Positions 40,511 through 51,938 of a stretch of DNA of 64,000 bases are shown one piece after another; the stretch's first letter is position 1; each line of letters opens with the position of its first letter. The stretch is taken from NCBI RefSeq assembly GCF_022045235.1, contig NW_027266286.1, forward strand, positions 39,804,001-39,868,000, in the 5' to 3' direction. A program made the translations under genes and the position numbers. This DNA comes from Haliotis cracherodii (Eukaryota). The notes beneath the pieces are model-generated. The model was not told where the DNA came from. It worked only from the letters and a program-made list of their open reading frames with translations, and did no database searches.

Positions 40511-42073
40511 TCATACTCTACCCTCTTCTTCGTCTTCATTGACTCCCTCTTCCTCCTCGACACATCCGTCTTCCGCTTCGCCTATTCCTTCATCAACAAG
40601 CTGAGCTTCATCCTGCAACTGAACCTCCTCCCTTTCTTCCCCAGCCTCCTGCACAGCCTTAGCCTCCTTCACCATATCAGCCTCTTGAACCTTCTGTGCA
40701 TTCATGCCCTGCGTTTCCGATTCCCTAGATTTCCCGGATTTTGTCCCCTGGTTGCCGGCCCACGCACAGTCTCCCTCTTCCTCTATAGGTGTGTCCACAT
40801 TGCTTTTCCCACTCTTGTTCCGCCCGGTCTTCTTACTGTTGGCAGAGGCAGCTTTACTGATGGCTGAAGGTGAGCGCACCATGAGGAACTCATCTAAATC
40901 TCTGTGGACAGCCACGTCGGAGTACTTGTCCGGAGACCTAGTCGCACCTGGCCTGTTCATTTCCAGCATCATCCGCAGCAGCACGGTGTCCGTGCAGTGA
41001 GCGGGGAAGCCGGACATCTGGGGGATATGCACAGCCACTGACCGGCCGGGGGTGGGCTGCTGGTAGATCCGATTGAAATGGACGTAACTCGAGACAGAGT
41101 CAAACTGGTATTGGGTGTCAGGCTTTGCGACGGTGCGACGTTCTCTCTTCACCTTTCTGTAAGGATTATTGAAGCACACTTTGGCATCTTTCTTTACGAA
41201 CTGGGTGAAGTGTTTCAGCTTGATAGCCTCGTTCTGGGTTCCCAGGGGAAGGCGAATGCTCTGGTTGACACTAAGACATTGATTGAGCGCCTGAGGATTT
41301 GGGGCTACGAGTGGAGACGGGCTCTCCTTGAAGGCGTTGCGCGTGAACCGGCGAGGTGAACGTAGGGGGGTATCGATACTAGGGTACATCTCACTGTACC
41401 CAGATCTGGATGTCCCGCTATCCACCCCCTTCAGTTTATGCCCAGTAAGTTCAAACCCTTCCCCTTGGGACCGAGATGATCTCTTGGCCATGAAAGTACT
41501 ACCATACGACGGAGACAGCGCTGGACCAAGCATGAAGTACGGGGATGCGAAAGCGGGAAGACTGATGTCGTCCTTTGCTTTAATGTCTCTCATCTCCTTC
41601 TCCAACACGGCGCTATTTGTAGGCTCACTATGCGCCTTCCCAATGTGGACTTGGATTTGACGATCGATGTCTTGAGTGTTGGTAGGCTGCAGAGGCTGAA
41701 TTCTGTCTGGGAGCAATTTTAATGTGTCTGGACCGACGTATTTCCCCAACTTGTCCCGAACTGGTTTCCCACGAAGCACAAACTGAATAGTTGACGGACC
41801 AAAGTTGGTGTCCATGGTCGAGATGCCTTGGTTCGCTGTGCGCATGCGTGTGAGGACTTCCATTCGTCTGGAAGCAGGGTTGGAGCTGTTGTTGAGAAAT
41901 TCTTTACTGCAACTTGGTCGCTGACCGGGCATGTAGAAATTGTCACCGTTAGCTACCCATGCTTTCTCTGTAGGAGGGGGTGGTGGCTTAATTATTTCGC
42001 TGTGAGAACTGAACGAGTTTTCCCGAGACGGGGATACCCCTTGGATACGCAGTCTGTCTATTACTTTCGCCAT
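40511..42073 (-). CDS. Uncharacterised 520-aa protein with one coding exon and a Glu-rich C-terminus
   Basis: 1.56-kb open frame, GC-richer than flanks; upstream in-frame stops fix ATG 42073; acceptor at 42149-42150; 5'UTR donor at 43113-43114; minus-strand AATAAA at 40434-40439. No domain recognised. Confidence 0.8.
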   Translation of the reverse strand: MAKVIDRLRIQGVSPSRENSFSSHSEIIKPPPPPTEKAWVANGDNFYMPGQRPSCSKEFLNNSSNPASRRMEVLTRMRTANQGISTMDTNFGPSTIQFVLRGKPVRDKLGKYVGPDTLKLLPDRIQPLQPTNTQDIDRQIQVHIGKAHSEPTNSAVLEKEMRDIKAKDDISLPAFASPYFMLGPALSPSYGSTFMAKRSSRSQGEGFELTGHKLKGVDSGTSRSGYSEMYPSIDTPLRSPRRFTRNAFKESPSPLVAPNPQALNQCLSVNQSIRLPLGTQNEAIKLKHFTQFVKKDAKVCFNNPYRKVKRERRTVAKPDTQYQFDSVSSYVHFNRIYQQPTPGRSVAVHIPQMSGFPAHCTDTVLLRMMLEMNRPGATRSPDKYSDVAVHRDLDEFLMVRSPSAISKAASANSKKTGRNKSGKSNVDTPIEEEGDCAWAGNQGTKSGKSRESETQGMNAQKVQEADMVKEAKAVQEAGEEREEVQLQDEAQLVDEGIGEAEDGCVEEEEGVNEDEEEGRV

Positions 42074-43462
42074 CACGGGTCGTCAAATGTTCTGGAGGTT
42101 ACGAAGTCAAGGGTTTCTTTAGACACACATCCTTTAAACGACCATATTCTGAAATAAACGAAATTGATTTAATTTATTATTACATGCATACAATATTAAA
42201 ACTAATTTTTAAACAAATTGCCACCTGATCCATGTGTGATTGGTACACTGATTCTTCTCCGGCACAATCTGGCGACTTGAAGTACCAATTTGGTGAAGGT
42301 TGCCGAATAACGTACATTAAAGCGTACATTTGGCTTTTGTAACTTTGTAACAGAAAAACGTTATTGTATCCCCCAAAAGCAATTCATTTTTTATTCTCTC
42401 TCTATTCTCGATTTATTCGTTTCAATGTCTGTAGTTAGTTAATCGTTACACAGATATGTAAGTTGATCATAAAAGAACTGTTTAACAGTTTCAAAACGGT
42501 AACATATAAGGTAAGTTGTGTCTGATCGCGTGAGATTTGTACAGCATACACTGTCTTCACACCATGAACTGATATCTTAACGAACTCTCGTGAGATCTAG
42601 CCGAGAAGACACCCAAGCCCCCATGTCTCAATGGCGGAGTAACCAGACACGGGATCATACCGACACATTCGCCGCAGTTCATCAGACATGTTCTGTTAAC
42701 CTTTGTTTCTCTAAACCTCACTCCCAACCCAACCCTAACCATACATATGAGACCCCTACCTCCACTCCCCGGGCACGTTTCGGACACGCCCAACCCCACC
42801 CGCTCATAAAACCATGAACTTTACCTAATAGTCTGTTGATGAGGCTAATACATGTAGTACATAAAATAATTCATCATGTTTTCGTTAGTATGACAAAAGG
42901 TTACTCGCTCTTGGAAACAGTTTACACGATTTAAAGAAAAGTACAGTAACCATTTAAAGAATGAATCTAATCCGTGGCCTTCAAAGTGAAATGTGTTCCT
43001 TTACAGATCCACACGACTTCAGTCCGCCTCAAGTATACCAGATAATGGTAAAGGTCAAAACCAACAAGAGTGTATGTCAAGTGAATAGTGTCTCTACTGT
43101 ACATCAACACTTACCAATTTAGCACCGCTGACTTGCTAACTCTATATAACTTTCTGGTTATTTTTCACGGACAAACATGACGTCTTCTCACAGGCAACCC
43201 ACCTTCCGAAAATTCTCCTTCCTTTTGCAGCTGTGACTATCGCATAATCGATGAAGTTTTGTAAGTTTTCGAGGAGGATACAGTTATTGACATATGGCCA
43301 TTTTGCTCCAAGTGTTGGCAAGGTGTGCGTGGTTTGCGTGTCGAGGTAAGCTGGGATATTGAAGTATCAGCCCGAGGTCTCTAACACCACTGTGTGGAGC
43401 TAAATCATTATTCCTTCCATTGTATTTTACCAACACCGTATCGCCCTACTAATTTCATGCTG

Positions 43463-43487
43463 TGACGTCACTAAGTCGGTTGGCAAC
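43463..43487 (-). promoter_or_regulatory. CRE plus RFX X-box-like motif upstream of the 520-aa gene
   Basis: TGACGTCA (43463-43470) followed by GTCGGTTGGCAAC. Confidence 0.45.
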
Positions 43488-44889
43488 ATACCTCATCTAA
43501 CAATAGATGCTGTCTTTTTGAAAATATAATATTTTTTATTCTAATTGCTGTTAAACTACCTGCATGATATAAAACAATTTTGCAGCTATGACAAGATTGC
43601 TATGTGGTTGTTTGTTATTTAAGGTGAGTAAACAATACGAGTGTCCAGACAGACCTGTTGAATGTCTTAATTAGTTAAGGCCTCGTTTCATTTACCAAGG
43701 GGGGTAATCGATGTGTGGCCAAATTTGATATTTCTTCGCTCAGTTAAACACATGTAAAACGTGTTGTTACAATAACCACCCAGTAGACATAAAACACGTG
43801 ACAAGGCTTCGTTCGTTACATGTGCCTGAATGCCGTAATGAGAAACCTGTTGAACCGACTGGTAACCAGATGAAGCGATTAGTGAGAATATCAATCGAGC
43901 GCTTAGATGAGATTTATGGAACGGAGCGCGGAAATGGCCAATGCCTTGCCATAAGACACGCAATCGACAGCGGTGTCCGTGTCCAACACCTCGTGTGTCC
44001 AGATGTCCGGCGAATTGACAAATAAACAGATTGACCAGTTCCCGGTTCATTGGACATGACATTGGAATGTGTCCACACAACTGGACCGGGCGAGCAAACA
44101 GGTGCCACAGCAGTTAAGGGACAAACAGGTGAACGCCCGTCTGTCCAATTGCCACATGGTTGAACAGGGCTTGGAGTCGGAAACAGGAGTCTCGGACGTG
44201 TGCCGGGAACAGTCTATTTAATAATTCTACCTTGAAACTGTCCCGACTGCAGCAAAAGGACAAATGTCATCCACGATTAAGACCAGTCATGACAACACAC
44301 AACTAGCGATTTGAATTCATATTTGTGCACAGTTTTCATGATTTTTTTTGGATAGGTTTGAAACCTATTACTCAACAAAACTGTCCCTCTAGAAATGTCA
44401 CTCGCCACAAGAACGAGCGGAGATTATGTTGCGCTTTAAGGCTGAGGAGCTAGGCAAGCTCTTCAAACCCCACTATTTTATATATTATTTATATAGTCTA
44501 ACATTTAATGTCAAAGTTTCGCTCACGTCATCAATTACAACCTGCACGACCTAGACAACTGGCAGCAGACAATGGAGCATAGTACCTCTTCATATGGCTA
44601 TCAGTATCCTGGTCATTAAATGATATCTGATTACTATGGCGACGTACAATGTGATAGGCGTATATATAGCCACTTGTTATGCCTCCTAAGCAAGTGTATG
44701 CGTGTATGCCTGCGGCTCTCTGTATGTACCAGCGGTCCCTGGACATGTTTAATTACTTTATTTATGTGGGTATGATCATTTGACAAATGTAGAGCCACTT
44801 GTTGAGATGACCCACACTCGATATATTTACACATGTAACCTCTTTTATTCATCGACAAGACTCGTAATTCAGGTGTCTAGCCACTTAAA

Positions 44890-45500
44890 TACTCTCAAAA
44901 AAAGTAGGGGTTATTTGAAAATAACAGATGATTACTGAAAAATAAAGAGGTATCGAATAATGGTAATGGGTGGGGAAAAGTACAGAACAGTCTCCCAATG
45001 ACAATTTGAGGGAGTCTTTTCCAGTCGGCTAATGTGCAGGTGACCTTTGACGTCGGCGTACACGTCTCCCGAGCAAGTCCGCGGCGTGCACTGTGGGGTT
45101 TAAGTCAGGACTGATGGCTAGCTATAGCAATCTGATGATGTTTTGCAAGTGGGGGTAGTCAGTTACGATACGCACAAGGACAATAGTGGCGCTCTGGCAG
45201 TAACAGTGATCCCATCCCATATCATTACAGACCCACCGCAACTATTGTCACGTTGCCTTACGATGACGTTCGCGTAGCTTTCGTCAGGAGGATGAGAGAC
45301 ACGTCCACGCCTATCCAAAAAGTCCAGAGTGAATATGGACTCATATGAAAACATTACACAGACCATCGGTCATTCCTCCGTTCTACGATCTAAACACTAT
45401 TGGCGTCTGGCTAGAATGTGTCGTCGGGTTACGGTGCTACAACGCGTGGTCGCTGAGCGTGCAGCATGCAAATTAGCAGCTTGCAGACGATTTTCTAGTC
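44890..45500 (-). pseudogene. Degenerate Tc1-like element fragment
   Basis: FSYESIFTL and GGSVMIWDGIT motifs; TIR-like TACTCTCAAAAAAAGTAGGGG end. Confidence 0.65.
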
Positions 45501-45915
45501 AGTAAATTGGCGTATGCTTGTCGTAGGTGGCGACTAACCGGATCGGGTGGTTAGGCTCGATGACTTGGTTGATGCATGTCTTCGCATTTCAATTGCTTGG
45601 ATCGATGCTCATGGTATCAATTACTGGACTGTCTAGTCCAGACCGCCGTCATATAGCTGGAATACTGCAGTGAGTGCAACAAACAAACCTAAATAAACTC
45701 GGGTTGCCTGGCGCAAATGAACAGCGATTTTGTTGGCTGTTCAGATTCGATTTCTACAAGCCTGGGTTTCTGGATTTGTTTTATTGATCATTAACATTCC
45801 GTGTCTTATGAAACCTGTTCCAAAGTCCAAACCACAGACTGAGACACGTTGAATATATTGGCGACCTCTCGCTGAGTTCTACCAGTTCGAAGCATGCCAA
45901 TAACCCTTAGCCATT

Positions 45916-46462
45916 CATCTTCCCGAGGCAAGAGAGTTAACTGACTATAAAAGTACAGTTTCCATCCTTGCCTAGCTAGGCTGGAATTCCAGGGCTCGAT
46001 CGTAGCGCAACCAGTGGCTAAAACGAGTTATGTCCCTTCTAAGCCTCTCCTATGGGCCAATCAGATTCCACCTCTCGTACCACTTGCATTTGCTTCAAAC
46101 AAAATGGCGGCGCCCAGTTAAGACAATCTGATCAATAATCTAAGATCTATATTGTAATATAAAGGGTTTTACATCGTGCAGTGAATCAGATCAAGTGAGC
46201 ACATTGATTAAAAATATGAAACGATTTGGGAAAATATTTGTTGACAAAGAGTTGGCAGTGCACATGCTTTGCAAATCCTGCAATCGACCGAAATCTGCAC
46301 GACAGTTTACGAACCGGATTTCGATTTCATTGCACGATTTTGATTGGACTGTGCATATACTCGTTAGTTCAACCAAAATGTAACTCCATAATACCAGCCT
46401 AGTTCGGCAAGGGTGGAAACTGGACTTTTAAAGTCAGTTAACGCCCTTGCCTCGGGAAGATG
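45916..46462. mobile_element. MITE family X, copy 1 (547 bp)
   Basis: About 70-bp TIR CATCTTCCCGAGGCAAG.GAGTTAACTGAC...; interior homologous to 59682-60215. Confidence 0.88.
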
Positions 46463-46904
46463 TAAGGCGTTCAACACGTTGAATACGACATATTTCAAAT
46501 CTGATCACAAATACTGCATAAAGTTAGAGTAGAGAGCTTACACGTTACAGTGGATAATGGAAATCAACAATACAAATGGCTCAGGGCGAGTTGATGATCT
46601 ATCGCTGAAGTGTCAAAATCAAGAATGACCTACCCACATGCAGTGTGTCGGATAATGTGGCGTTAGGTTTTGTTTCCGAAACCGTTCTATCTCTTGCAGT
46701 TATTTTCAATTCTGATCTCTCTTTTAAGGACCGTTCATAACTTTTTTTTATTACCTGAGCCCTACTTGTTTGGGAGAGTACATATTACCCAGACTCGAGA
46801 TTCAGATGGCCACTCACCTTAAATAATATATACTAGCAATTTACGTGTCTAGCCACAATAAATATTTTCCAGATTCGTCATTCAAGTGTATAGTTGATTT
46901 GTAT

Positions 46905-47751
46905 ATTACCCAGAAACGTAATTCGGGTGTTCAGTAACTTTAATCATATTACCCAGACCTGTACGTAATTCAGGTGTTCAGTCACTTTATACATATTACC
47001 CAGACCTGTACGTAATTCAGGTGTTCTGTCACTTTATACATATTACCCAGACCTGTACGTAATTCAGGTGTTCTGTCACTTTATACATATTACCCAGACC
47101 TGTACGTAATTCAGGTGTTCAGTCACTTTATACATATTACCCTGACCTGTAAGTAGTTCAGGTGTTCTGTCACTTTATACATATTACCCCGACCTGTACG
47201 TAATTCAGGTGTTCTGTCACTTTATACATATTATCCCGACCTGTACGTAATTCAGGTGTTCTGTCACTTTATACATATTATCCCGACCTGTACGTAATTC
47301 AGGTGTTCAGTCACTTTAAACATATTACCCTGACCTGTACGTAATTCAGGTGTTCAGTCACTTTATACATATTACCCAGACCTGTACGTAATTCCGGTGT
47401 TCTGTCACTGTATACATATTTCCCAGACCTGTAAATAATTCAGGTGTTCAATCACTTTATACATATTACCCAGACCTGTACGTAATTCAGGTGTTCAGTC
47501 ACTTTATACATATTACCCCGACCTGTACGTAATTCAGGTGTTCAGTCACTTTATACATATTACCCCGACCTGTACGTAATTCAGGTGTTCAGTCACTTTA
47601 TACATATTACCCCGACCTGTAAATAATTCAGGTGTTCAGTCACTTTATACATATTACCCCGACCTGTACGTAATTCAGGTGTTCAATCACTTTATACATA
47701 TTACCCCGACCTGTACGTAATTCAGGCGTTCTGTCATTTTATGCATATTAC
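46905..47751 (+). repeat. 47-bp minisatellite, array 2 (about 18 copies)
   Basis: Same unit and orientation as 32220-33135; degenerate units extend back to about 46780. Confidence 0.97.
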
Positions 47752-50090
47752 CCCTTCTCTGTATGTTTATATATCCCCTTCTCTGTATGTTTATATATCC
47801 CCTTATCTGTATGTTTATATATCCCCTTCTCTGTATGTTTATATATCCCCTTCTCTGTATGTTTATATATGCCCTTCTCTGTATGTTTATATTTTCCCAT
47901 CTCCGAGCGTTTGTATATTCCCTTCTCTGTATGTTTAAATATTCCCTTCTCTGTATGTTTTTATATGCACTTCTCTGTATGTTTATATATTCCCTTCTCT
48001 GTATGTTTTTTATATGCACTTCTCTGTATGTTTATATATTCCCTTCTCTGTATGTTTTTATATGCACTTCTCTGTATGTTTATATATGCACTTCTCTGTA
48101 TGTTTTTATATGCACTTCTCTGTATGTTTTTATATGCACTTCTCTGTATGTTTATATATGCACTTCTCTGTATGTTTATATATTCCCTTCTCTGTATGTT
48201 TTTATATGCACTTCTCTGTATGTTTATATATTCCCTTCTCTGTGCGTGTATATTTACCCTTCTCAGTATGTTACATATGCCCTTCTCTGTTTGTTTATAT
48301 ATGCCCTTCGCTTTATGTTTATATATTCCCTTCTCTGTATTTCTTATATGGCCTTCTCTGTATGTTTATGTATTCCCTTCTCTGTATGTTTTTATATTCC
48401 TTTCTTTATATATTTGTATATGTCCTTCGCTGTATGTCTATATATGCCCTTTTTTGTATGTTTATATATTCCCTTCTCTGTGCGTTTATATATGCCCTTC
48501 TCTGTATGTTTATATATGCCCTTCTCTGTATGTTTCATTTATTCCGTTCTCTGTATGTTTATATATGCCCTTCTCTGTATTTTTCATATATGTCCTTCTT
48601 TGTGTGTTTCATTTATTCCCTTCTCTGTATGCTTATATATGCCCTTCTCTGTATGTTTCATATATGTCCTTCTCTGTGCGTTTATATATGCCCTTCTCTG
48701 TATGTTTATATATATGCCCTTCTCTGTATGTTCCATATATTCCCTTCTCTGTATGTTTCATTTATTCCCTTCTCTGTATGTTTCATTTATTCCCTTCTCT
48801 GTATGTTTCATATATGTCCTTTTCTGTGTGTTTCATATAAGCCCTTCTCTGTATGTTTCATATATGTCCTACTCTGTATGTTTCATTCATTCCCTTCTCT
48901 GTATGTTTCATATATGCCCTTCTCTGTATGTTCCAGATATGCCCTTCTCTGTATGTTTCATTTATTCCCTTCCCTGTATGTTTCATATGTGTCCTTTTCT
49001 GTATGTTTCATATATGCCCTTCTCTGTATATTTCATATATGCCCTTCTCTGTATGTTCCATATATGCCCTTCTCTGTATGTTTATATATGCCCTTCTCTG
49101 TATGTTCCATATAAGCCCTTCTCTGTATGTTTCATATATGCCCTTCTTTGTGTGTTCCATATATGCCCTTCTCTGTATGTTCCATATATGCCCTTCTCTG
49201 TATGTTCCATATATGCCCTTCTCTATATGTTCCATGTATGCCCTTCTCTTTATGTTTATATATATGCCCTTCTCTGTATGTTCCATATATTCCCTTCTTT
49301 GTGTGTTTCATTTATTCCCTTCTCTGTATGTTCCATATATGCCCTTCTCTGTATGTTTCATGTATTCCCTTCTCTGTATATTTCATATATGCCCTTCTCT
49401 GTATGTTTCATATATGTCCTTCTCTGTATGTTCCATATATGCCCTTCCCTGTATGTTTCATATATGTCCTTCTCTGTATGTTTCATATATGCCCTTCTCT
49501 GTATGTTCCATATATGCCCTTCTCTGTATGTTTATATATATGCCCTTCTCTGTATGTTCCATATATTCCCTTCTTTGTGTGTTTCATTTATTCCCTTCTC
49601 TGTATGTTCCATATATGCCCTTCTCTGTATGTTCCATATATGCCCTTCTTTGTGTGTTCCATATATGCCCTTCTCTGTATGTTCCATATATGTCCTTCTC
49701 TGTATGTTCCATATATGCCCTTCTCTGTATGTTCCATATATTCCCTTCTTTGTGTGTTTCATTTATTCCCTTCTCTGTATGTTCCATATATGCCCTTCTC
49801 TGTATGTTTCATCTATTCCCTTCTCTGTATGTTCCATATATGTCCTTCTCTGTATGTTCCATATATGCGCTTCTCTGTATGTTCCATATATGTTCTTCTC
49901 TGTATGTTTCATATATGCCCTTCTCTGTATGTTTCATATACGCCCTTCTCTGTATGTTTCATATATTCCCTTCTCTTTATGTTTATATATGCCCTTCTCT
50001 GTATGTTTCATATATGTCCTTCTCTCTATGTTTATATATGCCCTTCTCTGTATGTTTAATAAATGTCTAGTATATGCCCTTCTCTTTATG
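47752..50090 (+). repeat. 24/25-bp pyrimidine-rich minisatellite (about 2.3 kb)
   Basis: Unit CCCTTCTCTGTATGTTTATATATG (24 bp) shifts to CCCTTCTCTGTATGTT(T/C)CATATATG (25 bp) from about 48530. Confidence 0.97.
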
Positions 50091-51938
50091 TGTCTCAACA
50101 TGAGGAGTCATAGCAGCACTTGTCCCTGTTGGTAAGATTAGAATTGTGATTTTATTTCTGACACATGCTTTGAGGGTTTGCCAATATAAGTGTCAAACCC
50201 TCAGATAGCACTTTTCGATTTTTTTATCATCCTATTAATCACCGATAAATAAATATGTAGGCGCGAAATCGAAGCTGTGTGCTGCTCCCCTTTTTTCTGT
50301 CCGACTTCCACTGGTTCTACACATGTTTCAGCGTGACGATATCGCAGCTACATATTCATCTATAAGTGATTGCTTTACAAAACAGTAAATAAAATCAAAT
50401 AAACATTAAATAAATTGTTTAAAAAAAAAATGAACTTACATTTCATTTTTTTTTAATTAAATGGCATCTTCCATCAATCTCAGTTCGTTTTTTGTAACAA
50501 TACATACTTCGTTTCAGAACTAGTTGGGAATTTATAACAACAAGGGCGGGTAACTACAATCGAGAAACGTCAAAGGAAAAGTACACGTCCAACACATAAA
50601 AATGTGAAAACTTCTATAAATAGAAGGTAACTTTGATGTGGCGTTGGTATTTGATTTAAGCATGCATGTGTATATAAAATGATTACCAAGAAGTTTGATG
50701 TCCCCTTTTTCATTTATGTGAAATGATGATTTCCCGAGGTTTCGATAAAAAGAACCACATTCGTCACTGGGCCTGATGATTAACGGGGTTTGCGACTTGC
50801 TAATTACAACGCAGGGAAACCTCTAACAATTATATGTGTAGGGGTAGTACCCAACAATTGTTGACGTCCCTGTCGTTCATCGGACAATACATAGTCATCA
50901 GACCTTATAGGCTATCAGCTGAAAGACCGTTGTACCGTTCAATAGGACGGGGACAAGCTCATGACATAAGTGTATCTATTACTCATTTGGAGTATCGAAA
51001 CTCCTTATTTGCTATATTTCAATTTAACAAATTTTGCATTTTGAAATGACTTTGTATGAAAATATCACATGGTTTTGGTTTAAAGCCACTTTAAACAGTA
51101 CCCTACTGTCCCAATATGAATACTAGAGGGTCATGACCTGTGAGGAGTCATACTCATCGAAAATGACTAACCTGTACCTAATAATCCTGTCTGACCAATA
51201 CGTGGTGTGGAGCATTTGTACTTCATTTGGCTGACTTATACACAAACATTTATATGATCTGTACACAAATTTAGAGAGCCTGCACACTAAGTACCCAATT
51301 ATTTTCATATTTGTTGCATTTGTAACAAGTTGGTATAAAAGCAAGATGTCAAAAATGGGACTGCTTTAATCAGTATATATTTATAATAATTTATTCACAG
51401 CACTTAATTCACATCACACAAACATCTTAACACCACCATATGATGGCATGTATTTATTAGTAGTGGGACAATGCATTGGCTGATCGCGATTGTTTACTTC
51501 TCGATACAAGTATCAATCGCACGCTAAGAAAAAGTATTGATTCATACTTTAAATTTATTTGTTAATTACTATTACACCAAACATGTATTTGTGCCGACAC
51601 TAACATCTCAACGTCACCATATATTTCTTGACTCAGCACATTTCTGGTGTTCCCCACCATCATATTGATGAAATTTTGCTAAAAACAACATGAACATATT
51701 ATGTATTTGGTAGCACATATGTGCATTCCCATGCCATCTCTCATTTATCACATTTATGAAAATATTTGCTTCTTGATATAATCAGAATGTCTCATAGAAT
51801 GGCCAACATTCCTCAGTTATGCCCCATTACTACTTCGCCAATAGATGGCGCCAAACGCTATGGTCCTGCGCGTACTTCCGGTATATTACGCGGTTCATAG
51901 ATATTTGCAGGACCAACAACTACAACAAAGTATTTACA

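Noticed and set aside
42561-42819. Insertion flanked by the direct repeat ACCATGAACT and containing AACCCTAACC
   Set aside because: No TIR, tail or second copy in the window; cannot be classified, and it is not a telomeric array
47687-50135. Very long ORFs (790, 405, 366, 323 and 310 aa)
   Set aside because: They come from the stop-poor 24/25-bp satellite, are open in several frames at once and show no coding signal
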